Assembly: GCF_009914755.1 (NCBI RefSeq)
Contig: NC_060939.1
DNA from: the human T2T-CHM13v2.0 reference genome, Homo sapiens
Length of the DNA: 64,000 bases
Strand: one strand, 5' to 3'
Part shown: one piece after another, positions 39,080 through 60,046 of the stretch
Numbering within the stretch: position 1 is the stretch's first letter
Layout of the letters: each line of letters starts with the position of its first letter
The notes under the pieces: model-generated
Told to the model about the DNA's origin: nothing
Seen by the model: the letters and a program-made list of their open reading frames with translations, nothing else
Databases searched by the model: none
Program-made: the position numbers and the translations under genes

Positions 39080-41190
39080 AGTGTGATCTTTCTCATTCCT
39101 TTTCTCTTACTCTCTATACTCAAACCTGGAAAATACTGTATATGCTCATCACTTCAAGGGCCATTTACATCTCCCAATCTCTCTAGCTCAGATCTTTCTC
39201 CTTCTCTATATTCACATATATCTGACTGTCTAGTAGACACATCCATGTAGGAATTCCAAATGTATTCTAAATGAGAAACATGTAAAATTCAACTATCAAA
39301 TCACAGTTCTGCAAACTATCCTCTCAATATATTCTCTCTGTAAATGGCACCAACTTCCAAACAGATGCCCAAGTCAGAAACCTGGGAGCCAGCCAAGACT
39401 CCTTTCCACACTTTACCATCCATATTCAATTGGTCATTTGGTTCATTATGCTTCCTAAAATCCTGTATTTGTGTATTCCTCTCCATCCTACCAACTGTAT
39501 CCCACTGTATCCCTCCCAAATTCAAGCATTCACATCTTCCACCTTAATCAATGCAAGAGTTTTCATACAAGTCTTCCTCATATTATTCTTGCTCCTTTTC
39601 AATCCATCCTACAGCTTAAACCAGGACGATCTATCATCTACATTTCTGGTTGCAGTGAGCTGAGATCACATCACTGCACTCCAGTCTGGGCGAAAATAGC
39701 GAAAGTCTGTTTCAGAAAAAATAATAATTATATATATATATATATATATAATCTACATTTCCGATCATCTCACTTCCTTGTTCATAACTGGCACTCACTC
39801 TGCCAGTTGAGTTGTTCCTGCTAACTAGAGTTCTGCCATAGCCCTCTATCCTATTTCCAAGCTTAGTTTTTTAGCCTTCTAGTCAGTTCTGTGAGCCACT
39901 CATCTTTCCAGTAAATTCCCTTCTTGTTTATATTACCCAAGTGATATAGTTTGGCCCTGTGTCCCCACTCAGGGGTTGGAGGTGGGGCCTGGTGGGAGGT
40001 GACTGGATCATGGGGTGGTTTCTAATGGTTTAGCACCATCCGCCTAGTGCTGTCTTGTGATAGAGTTCTCCCAAGATCTGTTTTTTTGAAAGTGTGTAGC
40101 ACTTCCCCTTTTGCTCTCTTCCTCCTGCTCCAGCAATGTAAGACATGCTTGCGTCCCCTTTGCTTTCCACCAGGATTGTAAGTTTCCTGAGGCCTCCCAA
40201 GATACAGACGTCTATACAGCCTGTACAATCCCGTACAGTCTTAGCTGGCTCCTGGGTTTCTGACTTGGGCATCTGTTTGGAAGTTGGTGCCATTTACAGA
40301 GAGAATACATTTAGTTTGAAGCATTATGATTTGATAATGATAACTTATAGAGAAAAGAGATTTAATTGGCTTCAGGCAACCAATTACTTAGTCTCAGGTA
40401 TATCTTTTTTTTTTTTTTTTTTTGGAGATGGAGTCTTGCTCCTTCACCCAGGCTGGAGTGCCATGGTGTGATCTCAGTTCACTGCGACCTCCGCCTCCTG
40501 GATTCAAGCAGTTCTTCTGCCTCAGCCTCCTGAGTAACTGTGACTACAGGTGCGTGCCACCATGCCTGGCTAATTTTTGTATTTTTAGTAAAGACAGGGT
40601 TTCACCATGTTGGCCAGGCTGGTCTCAAACTCCTTACCTCAGGTGATCCGCCCACCTTGCCCTCCCAAAGTGTTGAGATTACAGGCGTGATCCACCGCAC
40701 CCAGCCCAGGTATGTCTTTATAGCAGTGTGAGAACAGTGTGAGAAGGGACTAACACACCGAGTCAGTTGTTTTGCTTATGACCAAAAAACTGTAACAGAT
40801 ACATGGACCTTGTCTATTTCCTAGCCTTATCTCTCACTATCATACCGTATTTTTTCCCCTCTTTCAATGGTGAAATCCTTATAGTTCTCTTACTCAAAGT
40901 GCACCCTTTCCTCTGAAGAAAGCTTTTGACACGGATCTCAGTTCCAGGACAAGTGCTATCTCCTTTCCAGGGCTACTCTGCCTTTCCCAACATGCGTACA
41001 ATGCACCAGTACACCTTGAACATAACTATTATTTCGGTTATAATTTTGTGTACATATCGCCCACTAGACTCGAAGTCCTTTGAGAGTAGGGATTGTGTGT
41101 TTTTTTCTCTGATTCCCCAATCTAGTCCAGTGCCTGGCTTCAAAACGGCCCTCCAAAATGTTTGCTAACGAATGCACAAAACAAATGAAG
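39080..41190 (+). mobile_element. L2 fragments hosting nested MLT1, MST and Alu insertions
   Basis: L2-like CATATATCTGACTGTCTAGTAGACACATCC and 3' end CCACTAGACTCGAAGTCCTTTGAGAGTAGGGA...CAGTGCCTGGC...AATGTTTGCTAACGAATG. Confidence 0.7.
39942..40757. mobile_element. MST/THE1 (MSTA-like) MaLR LTR with an internal rearrangement and an Alu
   Basis: TGATATAGTTTGGCCCTGTGTCCCCAC...GGACTAACACA; 5-bp TSD CCAAG/CCGAG. Confidence 0.85.
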
Positions 41191-41454
41191 CCTGCGGGTG
41201 CGGTAGCTCACACCTGTAATCCCGGCACTTTGGGAAGGTAAGGTGGGTGGATCATTTGAGGTCAGGAGTTTGAGACCAGTCTGGCCAATATGGTGAAACC
41301 CCGTCTCTACTAAAAATATAAAAATTAGCTGGGCATGGTGGTGAGCGCCTGTAATCCCAGCTACTCAGGAGGCTGAGGCAGGAGAATCACCTGAACCTGG
41401 GAGGCAGAGGTTGCAGAGAGCCCAGATCGCACCACTGCACTCCAGCGTGGGTGA

Positions 41455-41773
<319 letters not shown>

Positions 41774-42493
41774 TAGCCAGGATGGTCTCAATCTCCTGAC
41801 CTCGTGATCCGCCCGCCTCAGCCTCCCAAAGTGCTGAGATTATAGGCGTGAGCCACCGTGCCCGGCCCAGTGTTCTCTATTTTAAAGGCAAGTATGAACA
41901 CCTACTAGACGTACATGTAATATTTTCATTTATATATTTTTTCATTTAAGTGGGCCTTCTCAGAAGGAAGTGCTGAGGAGGAATTTCCTTTTCTCCACAT
42001 AAAGATTTTGCTATTTCAATGGCATCCCAACAAGTTACACAATAAAAAATTTCTTTCCCTTAATTCCCTCATTCCTGGAACTTGCCATTTTGGCTCTTCC
42101 TAAGGAATGTTTTCATTAGAATTTGTTTCCATTACAAAGTTCTTATTTAAAATACTCAGGGTTTAGCCATCAGGTGCCTTTCAAGTTATAAACAATAATG
42201 TACTTGGGGAATTGGAGAATTCCAGAATGTGGAAGTGTCTCATCCTAATTAGACAGGCTACTATTGCAATATGGAGAGATCAACAGCAAGAGGCTGAAGT
42301 TACTGGCCCTCTGGTTTCTCTGGCTTGCATTGCAATTAAATGCCTTCGATCAACTCTTCCAAATCTACTAGTTTACACTCTGGTTCATTTGGGAAAAAGA
42401 GGAACAAAAATTTCTTTTTTGTCCAGGTGCAGTGTCTCACGCCTGTAATCCCAGCACTATGGGAGGCCAAGGCGGGCAGATCACCTGAGGTCA

Positions 42494-42691
<198 letters not shown>

Positions 42692-42726
42692 TTAATTTTT
42701 TAATTTTTATTTTTTAATTTAATTAA

Positions 42727-42909
<183 letters not shown>

Positions 42910-43029
42910 TAGTAGAGATGGGGTTTCACCGTGTTAGCCAGGATGGTCTCGATCTCCTGACCTCGTAATCTGCCCGCCTCGGCCTCCCAAAGTGCTAGGA
43001 TTACAGGCGTGAGCCACTGCACCCAGCCA

Positions 43030-43340
43030 ATTTTTTAATTTTTAAATTTTGGATTCAGGGGGGTACATGTATAGGTTTGTTACCTGTTATATTACATAAT
43101 GGTGAGGTTTGGGCTTCTATTGTACCCAACAGGTAATTTTTTTAACCCTTCTTCCCCCACTTTCCCCTTTTGGAGGTCTCAATGTCTATTATTTCCATCC
43201 TTATGTCCATGTGTACCTGCTGTTTAGCTCCTATTTTGAGTGAGAACATACGGTATTTGATTTTCTGTATCTGAGTTATTTCACTTCAGACAATGGCCTC
43301 CAGCTCCATGCATGTTGCTCCAAAGGACATTATTTCATTC
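43030..43340 (-). mobile_element. L1PA (old primate) 3' end fragment
   Basis: GGTACATGTATAGGTTTGTTAC...AGTGAGAACATACGGTATTTGATTTTCTG...ATGGCCTCCAGCTCCATGCATGTTGC. Confidence 0.85.
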
Positions 43341-43373
43341 AGAAAAAGAGCAAAACAAAATTGTATGTATTAA

Positions 43374-43666
<293 letters not shown>

Positions 43667-44127
43667 TAGTAGAGATGGGGTTTCACCATGTCGGTCAGGC
43701 TGGTCTTGATCTCCTGACCTCAGGTGATCCGTCCGCCTCGGCTTCCCAAAGTGCTGGGATTACAGGCATGAGCCACCGCACTCAGCCTCTGTTTCTTTTA
43801 TAATCATGTGAATGTATTACTGCCTCCTTTAAAATTATGTTTGAATTTTATCCAACTATAAGAGCAACACATATTTGCTCCTTCTGTTCATTGACATCAT
43901 TTAACAAAAATATTGTAGCCCTAATGATTATTTTCCTGACACCCACTAGACCAGCAGCTTCCAAATGTTTTAAAATTAATTTTCTGAGGCATAATTTACA
44001 TACAATAAAAAGCACCAATTAAAGTATATTGTTCAATGAGTTTCAACAAATGTATACATCAGTGTAACTACCAGCATAATCAAGATATAGAACATTCATA
44101 TCACCTGAGAAGGTTCCCATGTCCCCT

Positions 44128-44641
<514 letters not shown>

Positions 44642-44672
44642 TATTATCCTTTTTATATATTTCAAGATGTTA

Positions 44673-44897
<225 letters not shown>

Positions 44898-45071
44898 TCA
44901 CCTGAGCACAGGGAAGTCGAGACTGTAGTAAGCTGTGATCACACCACTGCACTCCATCGCGACAAAATGAGACCCTATCTCAAAAGAAAAAAAAATTGCA
45001 TCTATGTTAATGAGGAATATTGGTCTATAGTTATCTTGCAACGTGGTTGCCTGGTTTTGATATCTGGGTAA

Positions 45072-45476
<405 letters not shown>

Positions 45477-45992
45477 TGATAGAAATTCACTGGTGAAACT
45501 ATCTGGGTACAAAGTTTTCTTTTTGGGAAGGTCTTACATGATGAATTCAATTTCTTTAATTGATTTAGGACCATTCAGGTTTTCTATTTCTTCATTAATT
45601 TTTATTGATGCATAATACATGCATATAATTTTGGAGAACATGTGATAATTTAATATATTCATATAATTTGTAAAGATCAAGTCGGTGTAGCTAGATATCC
45701 ATCACTTTAAATATGTTTATTTTCTTTATGCTAGAACCATTTGAATTACTGTCTTCCAGCTATTTTGAAAGGTACAATAGAGTATTGCAAACTATAGTCA
45801 CACTACTGATCTAACACCGTCTTATTTCTCCTATCAATCGTATATTTATACCCATTTATTTTATTTTATTTTACTTATATTTTGAGATGGAGTTTCACTC
45901 TTGTCATCCAGGCTGGAGTGCAATGGCATGATCTCCGCTCACTGTGACCGCCGCCTCTGGGTTCGAGCAATTATCCTCCCTCAACTTCCTGA

Positions 45993-46964
<972 letters not shown>

Positions 46965-47675
46965 TAGTAATTTGTGATTTTCAGTGAATTTGTCCATAAA
47001 ACTAAGTTGATCAACTTGTGGGCATAGCATTGTCTGTAGTATTCCTTTATCCTTTAAATGTATGTAGAGTCTAAAATGATAGCCCCTCTTTCATTCTTTG
47101 TTGTTGTTGCTCTTTCATTCTTCTTTTTTTTTTTTTTGAGACATAGTCTTGCTCTGTCGCCCAGAGCTGGAGTGCAGTGGCACTATCTCAGCTTACATTG
47201 CATCCACTGCCTCCCCGGTTTAAGCAATTCTCCTGCTTTAGCCTCGTGAGTAGCTGGGATTACAGGTGTGGGCCACCATGCCTGGTTAATTTTTGTATTT
47301 TCAGTAGAAACAGGGTTTCACCATGTTGGCCAGGCTCGTCTCGAACTCCTGACCTCAAGCGATCCACCCGCCTTGGCCTCCCAAAGTGTTGGGATTACAG
47401 GCGTGACCCACCTCACCCTGCCCAGCTCTGAAGACATTTCAAAGTAACCTTTTATAATGAGTATGTTAACTTTTTTAGAGTTTCTATGATTAAGATATAT
47501 TAGACGGCCGGGCGCAGTGGCTCATGCCTATAATCCCAGCACTTTGGGAGGCTGAGGCGGGTGAATCACCCGAGGTCTGGAGTTCGAGACCCGCCTGACC
47601 AACATGAGAAACCCTGTCTCTACTAAAAATACAAAATTAGTCAGGTGGGGTGGTGCTTGCCTGTAATCCCAGCTA

Positions 47676-47846
<171 letters not shown>

Positions 47847-47956
47847 TTATCAGAATTCACATGTTCCTAATACTTATGTTCTCATTAATTTTCACTGCAT
47901 CCAATTCAGGTAATTTACCCAAAAAATGACAAGAAACTTTTAAGGTTTCTGGATAA

Positions 47957-48193
<237 letters not shown>

Positions 48194-49579
48194 TGATCCA
48201 CCCTCCTCAGCCTCCCAAAGTACTGGGATTACAGGCCTGAGCCACTGCACCAGCCAAGAAGTTTGAACTTTTAAAGTTAAAAGTATGCCATGCCTCTCAA
48301 GAAAAAAATCTCATGCTCTCGACTGGGTGTTGTGGCTCACACCTGTAATCCCAGCACTTTGGGAGGCTGAGGCAAGTAGATTGCTTGAGGTCAGGAGTTT
48401 GAGACCAGACTGGCCAACATGGTGAAACCCTATCTCTACCAAAAATACAAAAACTATCTGGGCATGGTGGTGCATGCTTGTAATCCCAGCTACTCAGGAG
48501 GCTGAGGAGGGAGAATTGCTTCAACCCGGGAGGTGGAGGTTGCAATGAGCCAAGATCGGGTCACTGCACTCCAGCCTGGGTGACAGAGTGAGGCCCTGCC
48601 ACAAAAAAAAAAAAAAAAGAAAAGAAAAAAATCTCACGCTCTCAATGGTGATTACTACAAAAATTAGAGGTGGCAATATAATTGGTTAATACTTTTAGAA
48701 AGCGACTTAGCAAGAGCTGTAAAAAACAATTGTTAAAAACAAACTTTGATTTGCAAGTTCTAATATTGGATTTTCATTCTAACAAAGTGATCCAAGATAC
48801 GGAAAAAGCTTTATGCATGAAATCATTGGAAACAACCTGAACATACCCAAATAGTTAAATAAGCCATACTATATCTTCTTAGGACTATTATGCAGTCATT
48901 AAAAATCTTCAGTTTGTGTAGCAGCACAGGAAAGCATGCATGAGGCAGGAAAAATACACATGTATGGTTACAACTATGTAGTGGGAAAAAAGTCCTATCC
49001 GTAGAGGCTGGAATTAACAAAAATGTCAGCTGCTTTTTCCATTGGGTTAGAAAAATAAGTACATTTTTCTCTGTTTTTCTGTATTTTTCAAATTCTATTT
49101 TATTTTATTCGTTTTGTAGAGACAGGATCTTGCTCTGTTGCCCAGGTCAGAGTGCAGTGTTGTGATCCTAGCACACCAGCCTCAAGCAATCTTCCCACCT
49201 TGGCCTCCCAAAGAGCTAGGATTATAAGCGTGAGCCACCATGCCCAGCCATTTTCCAAATTCTATTTAATAGCATGTTAATTTTAAAATAAAATATCTAG
49301 GCCAGGTGCTGCAGCTCACGCCTGTAATCCTAGCACTTTGGGAGACAGAGGCAGGCAGATCACATGAGGTAAGGAGTTTGAGACCAGCCTGGCCAACATG
49401 GTAAAACCCTGTCTCTGCTAAAAATACAAAAATTAGCCATGTGCGTTGGTGCACACCTGTAATCCCAGCTACTCAGGAGACTGTGGCAGAAAAATCGCTT
49501 GAACCTGGGAGGCAGAGGTTGCAGTGAGCCGAGATCACCCTACTGCACTCCGGCCCAGGGGACAGAGCAAGATTCTGTC

Positions 49580-49714
49580 AAAAGAAAGAAAGGAAGAAAG
49601 GAAGAAAGGAAGGAAGGAAGGAAGGAAGGAAGGAAGGAAGGAAGGAAGAAAGACAGGAAAGACAGGAAAGAAAGGAAAGAAAGGAAAGGAAAGAAAGGAA
49701 AGAAAGGAAGAAAG
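49580..49714 (+). repeat. GAAA/GGAA microsatellite derived from an Alu tail (10 consecutive GGAA at 49608-49647)
   Basis: Read directly from the sequence. Confidence 0.95.
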
Positions 49715-51147
49715 ATCTAATATATCTGGCCAGGTGCAGTGGCTCACGCCTGTAATCCCAGCACTTTGGAAGGCCGAAGCCAAGGCTGGTGGCTCTCCTG
49801 AGGTCAAGAGTTCAAGACCAGCCTGGCCAACATGGTGAAACCCCATTTCTACTAAAAATACAAAAATTAATCAGGTCTGGTGGTGCACATCTGTAGTCCC
49901 AGCTACTCAGAAGGCAGAGGTGGGAGGATCACTTGAGGCTGGGAGGCAGAGGTTGCAGCAAACCGAGATTGTGCCACTGCACTCCAGCCTGGGTGTCAGA
50001 GTGAGACCCTGTCTCAAAAAAAATACAAATAAAATGAATAAAAAATAAAATATCTAGTGAAATGTTGGCTGTTAGGATTTAAAATAAAAAAATACATAAT
50101 ATAAAAAGCACAATAGAAAAATACATAATATGAAATGATGAAACATCAAAACAGGAAAATACATCTCAAAAGCACAATGATTGTATTTACAGTATAATTG
50201 TAACTGTGTTTCAAGTGTGTGTGTGTGTATGGTGAGAGAGAGAGAAAATAGAAAGAAAAATATCAAAATGCCAGGAAGGATTGTATAAAGTAAGGTTGTA
50301 GTTATTTTTTCTCTTATTTTCTAAATTTTCTGTAAGTTATTTGTGTTACTTTTAAAATAAATACCCTTTTGACAAATTACCTGGCTGACTCATAGGGAGT
50401 CAATTGCACCCAGGCACCCTAGTTTACCCCAGGCCTCATCTCAGCTTGCTGCTGGGACATGCATTGTCTCAAAACAATAAGATGCTTATAGGGAATTAAA
50501 GTTCTATTGTGCCATAATTTATCAAGCTCTTAGACAGATAGGGGCAAAGCCGCTGCAGTGACTTTTCGTACTATAGCTGAAAGAACGCTGAATGGGACAA
50601 GAAGCCAAGAAACACTGGTTCTGTTTTCAGTGCTGCATTTTTGTCCAGGGTGGTCATTTAACCTCCTTTCCTTATTCCAATACTAAAAGGGTCAGATTAC
50701 TTGTGAGTCGCTAATTATAGGTTATGTACAGAAAAGTCAGCCGAGTAGAGGAGATACAGAAAATTAGTGGTAGACTAGAGCAAGACTCCAAGAGTTTGGG
50801 AAGCATGGTTTATGACTTCTCAGACTAGGAAAATACAGAGTAAGTAAAGAACTCAACAGTGGTTCGAGACAAAAATGCAGGATTTCCCAAAATGTAGACA
50901 AGAAATCTGGGCAATGGCGCACAGCACTAGCAACAGGTCTTGCGTTAACAGGAATTTTTTTGGACTTTATCTAGCAAAGAACAGAAATTCATCCTAAGGT
51001 GTAACCGCACACACAGAATTTAGGTAGGCACTCCAGGCTAGAATTAAGATGTAGAGAAAAGTGCTGTTTCAGGTATAGATGAGTGTTTCACTTGAGAGAA
51101 TACTGTAATGAAGCCCAAAGGCTCATTTAGTTTGGGGAGTCTAGTAG

Positions 51148-51303
<156 letters not shown>

Positions 51304-51346
51304 TGAATAGCTGGGACTACAGGTGCGCGCCACCACGCCGGGCTAA

Positions 51347-52216
<870 letters not shown>

Positions 52217-52849
52217 TGAGCCACTGCGCCCAGCCTGAGGGGTAATACCTTGTACTTTTTTCTTTTTTTTTTTTTTTCAAATTGTACTTTATACCATGTA
52301 TGTAAATATGTTATGAGTAGTAACTGAATGGTCTTGCAGATCACCTGAGGTCAGGAGTTCAAGACCAGCAACTGAATGGTTCTATAAGAAGCTAAATGAA
52401 GTTCAAGAATTTTACAGGAATCCATGCCTTTTGCAGAGTAAACCTAGACTGACCACATACCGGGCTCAATCTGAAGATGCATTCACCAAAGATGAACCAG
52501 TAACTACTTTGGCCCCAAGTGACTTTCTAAACTAAGTATAAGGTGAGACAAGGCAACTGCAGGGCTGAGCCAACTGCCCTCAGGCCTGCCTTAATCTTAA
52601 CCTCAGACTAGATCTGGGCTCTGGAGTTCGGAAAGGCAAAAAAATTCTTTCAGTGGCAGTCAGAATCAACTAGTGCAGACAAGGATGCTCCTGATCTTAG
52701 ATTGTTCCTAAGAGCAAAAAGAATAACAGAGTCGAATCACAGATTTATAAACTGGACTCTGGACCTAGAAATCCAGACATTTCTTTCCACCCTGACCCAA
52801 TTAAGAAAAGTGAGAGATTGTTTTTTTAAGTAGAGTATGACAAAACAGG

Positions 52850-52855
52850 TTTATT
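52850..52855 (-). terminator. EXD1: Probable EXD1 polyadenylation signal (AATAAA on the minus strand)
   Basis: TTTATT on the plus strand ~1.17 kb beyond the EXD1 stop codon; the actual cleavage site is inferred. Confidence 0.6.
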
Positions 52856-53276
52856 GGTTATTTTACACAAAAGAATGTTAGCAATTTGCAAGCATTCAAT
52901 ACTTTAAAAGGCTCAATACAAGCTGCCTTCCTTTCACCCTAAGAAAGTATACTAACTCCAGGCAAATAGAATGGAGTCAGGCTTCAAGTTTATATAACAG
53001 ACAGACTAAAAAGAAACCCAGGGTCCCTGCTTTGTTAGGAAAATGGACAAAACCAGCTAAAAATAAAGGAAATAAAAACAAATTAAAATAAAGATATTGG
53101 CTGGGCACCGTGCCTCACACCTGTAATCCCAGCACTTTGGAAGGCCAAGGCAGGTGGACCACAAGGTCAGTCAGGAGTTCGAGACCAGCCTGGCCAACAT
53201 GGTGAAACCCCATCTCTACTAAAAATACAAAAATTAGCCGGGCGTGGTGGCACGCACCTGTAATCCCAGCTACTCA

Positions 53277-53378
<102 letters not shown>

Positions 53379-53501
53379 TCAAAAAACAAATAAAACAAAA
53401 ATTAAATTATTGATTCCTATAACATTATTTGCCTAAGAGACAGACAAAACATTCAACATTCAAACATAAAGTTAATATTATATTTTAAAAAGGAAAAAAG
53501 T

Positions 53502-53580
53502 GGTTACTCTGGGCACACTGCCTATGGTGTAGCCCTGCTCCACAAGGAGCGGTAAAAAAAAATAAATAAAACAAATAAAT
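53502..53580 (+). mobile_element. Short (52-nt) structured retrocopy plus A-rich tail, related to MER41-type LTR R region
   Basis: 15-bp TSD AAAAAGGAAAAAAGT (53487-53501 and 53581-53595) after TTTT; A-tail 53554-53580; TGCCTATGG(T/A)GTAGCC shared with the MER41 copy at ~44574-44589. Confidence 0.8.
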
Positions 53581-54023
53581 AAAAAGGAAAAAAGTACTGG
53601 TAAAGTTATCAGGTACCAATTTTTTAAATGAATTGTTAATAGTTTTACCAGGTCTCTTCAAAGGAATCCAAAAGTCAAGAAGCAAAACAAAATTTGAAAA
53701 TGATGGAGTCTTCCTGATACTAAGCCCAAGATTCTTCCTTTCTTCAAATCCTCTAAACCCAAATTATGAAAAATAATGCACTCTGGTCACTGAGAACATT
53801 TCTACACAGTGACATAATCAGAAATTATACTTCTTCCATTATTTAACTTATTCATTCTCATTCTCCGCATACCAGGAACACAGGAGTAAGCAAGAGGATA
53901 TAATTTTCCCCTGTGACTGAAGCATTACTACATTTACAACATGAGAAACCTGGGCACTGTGGAAAGCCCTGATGGCAAAGGAAATAAGCCATCTGCATGG
54001 CCTTAAGAACAAACTGCCCATCT

Positions 54024-54987
<964 letters not shown>

Positions 54988-55674
54988 TGATCCACCTGCC
55001 TCGGCCTCCCAAAGTGCTGGGATTACAGTTGTGAGCCATCGTGCCCGGCCTGAAATCACTTCTGTTGTACCAAATGGTAATTGGTAAATGAGAGTCTATT
55101 CAAATGTGTTCATATAGCACCCTCTGGTGTCTTCAATTATAGTAGTATCATTTTTCTAGTAATTTCAATATTTTGAAAAGGCAGTGAATCCATAGGGCTG
55201 TGTGTCTCTGTGTGTATGCACGTATGTATAAAGACTATACAGGAAAAGTTAGTCTCCCTTCCAGCCTGGCCTCAGCTGCGTTAGCAGGTACATCTTCTTA
55301 GAGCAGTTTCTTGTGTTATCTCCCAAAGATAGTCTACTCATGTATGATCATATACATATTTTTTTCATTGGATTACATTTTTATTTTCCTCCAAATTTTT
55401 ATTTTGTTATCTCTTTCAGGTTTTGGGAAGTTTTTTGTTTTGTTTTGTTTTGTTTTTTTTAGACAGGGTCTTGCTCTGTTGCCTTGGCTGGAGTGCAATG
55501 GTGTGATCATGGCTCACTGTAACCTATAACACCTGGCCTTTAGTGATCCTCCTGCCTCAGCCTCCTGGGTAGCTGGAAGCACAGGTGCATGCCACCATGC
55601 CTTGCTAATTTTTGTGGGGTTTTTTTTGAGACAGGGCCTTGCTCTGTCACCCAGGCTGAAGTACAGTGGTGTGA

Positions 55675-56013
<339 letters not shown>

Positions 56014-56209
56014 TAGTCTTTTTCAGTTGTTTCTCTTCAGTTTTTAGTTGTATAGCTGGCAAGTCATAATTCTGATTCCTTTTTTCAATTTCCATAGCTC
56101 ATATTTTATTTTCTAATTTCACTGGCTAATAGCTTCAAAAATACTAAAATAGTGGTGATAGTCACAATTTTTGTACTGTTCCTGATATTAGTGTTCTCAA
56201 ACAAATATG

Positions 56210-57622
<1,413 letters not shown>

Positions 57623-58199
57623 TATGTTTTATTATGTTAGAAAAGTTACCATCTATTCCAACTTTGACCAATAATGCATGTAGAGTATTATAATTTATTC
57701 AGCATTTATAAGATAATCATAACACTTTCTTGGCTCTACTGAAATGTATGATTTTGTCACACTGAACCATGCTTGCAACTAGAATCCAATGACACATTAA
57801 AAATAATAACATATATAGGGTTCATATAAAAAATGCTAGTATTAGGCCGGGTGCAGTGGCTCACGCCTTGTAAATCTAGCACTCTGGGAGGCCGAGGCGG
57901 GTGGATCACCTGAGGTCAGGAGTTCGAGACCAGTCTGACCAACATGGAGTAACCCCGTCTCTACTAAAAATACAAAATTAGCCAGGCGGGGTGGTGCATG
58001 CCTGTAATCCCAGCTAATCAGGAGGCTGAGGCAGGAGAATCGCCTGAACCCAGGAGGTGGAGTTTGTAGTGAGCCGGTATCACACCACTTCACTCCAGCC
58101 TGGGCAACAAGAGCGAAACCCCGTTTCAAAAAAAAAAAAAAAAAAAAGCTAGTATTTTAAGATTTTACATCAATATTCATAAGTAAAAGTGGTTTATAA

Positions 58200-58782
<583 letters not shown>

Positions 58783-58862
58783 TGAGCCACCGTACCTGGC
58801 CCTGGCCCTTTTTTTTGAGACAGTCATTGTTAATATTCATAGTATGCTTGAAAAATGATTGA

Positions 58863-59092
<230 letters not shown>

Positions 59093-59454
59093 TAGTAGAG
59101 ATGGGGTTTCATCATGTTGGCCAGGCTGGTCTCAAACTCCTGACCTCAGGCCTATAGTTTTTTATGTCTCTCTGCTGCATAAGAATAAATATGGAGGCCA
59201 AGCACGGTGGCTTATGCCTATAATCCCAGCACTTTGAGAGGCCAAGGCAGGCTCATCACCTAAGGTCAGGAATTCAAGACCAGCCTGGCCAACATGGTAA
59301 AACCCCATGTCTACCAAAAATACAAAAATTATCAGGGCATGGTGGCAGGTGCCTGTAATCCCAGCTACTCAGGAGGCTGAGGCAGGAGAATTCCTTGAAC
59401 CCAGGAGGCGGAGGCTACAGTGAGCTGAGATCATACCACTGCACTCCAGCCTGA

Positions 59455-59568
<114 letters not shown>

Positions 59569-60046
59569 TGAGACCAGCCTGGCCAACATGGTGAAACCCC
59601 ATTTCTACTAAAAATACAAAAAATTAGCCAGGCGTGGTGGCACATGCCTGTAATCCCAGTTACTCAGGAGGCTGAGGCAGGAGAATTGCTGGAACCCAGG
59701 AGGCGGAGTTTTCAGTGAGCTGAGATCATGTCATTGCACTCCAGCCTGGGCGACAGAGTGAGACTCTGTCTCAAAAAAAATAAATAAATAAAATAAAATA
59801 AAATAAAATAAAAATATGGAAATATTAAACTTACCCATTCTTAGACAGAAGTATTTCTTGGATACCTAACTTAACATTATGAAAAAGTGAGGGGATGGAT
59901 CATGCCCAAGCTGTTGCCCCTTCAAGAGTATTTATCCCCAAGTTGACCCCATGAAAACTATCGCAGCTATGAAGAAAGGGTATCACTGTGTCTGCCTTCC
60001 TTGAGAAGGCAGAAAGGAGGTCCTGAAGACAGAGAGCTGCACCTAC

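Noticed and set aside
42180-42400. Non-repeat stretch with a 78-aa ORF
   Set aside because: No recognisable domain or convincing splice pair, and the ORF ends in an Alu.
49499-49846. KEGR/PSFL low-complexity ORFs
   Set aside because: Translations of the GGAA microsatellite.
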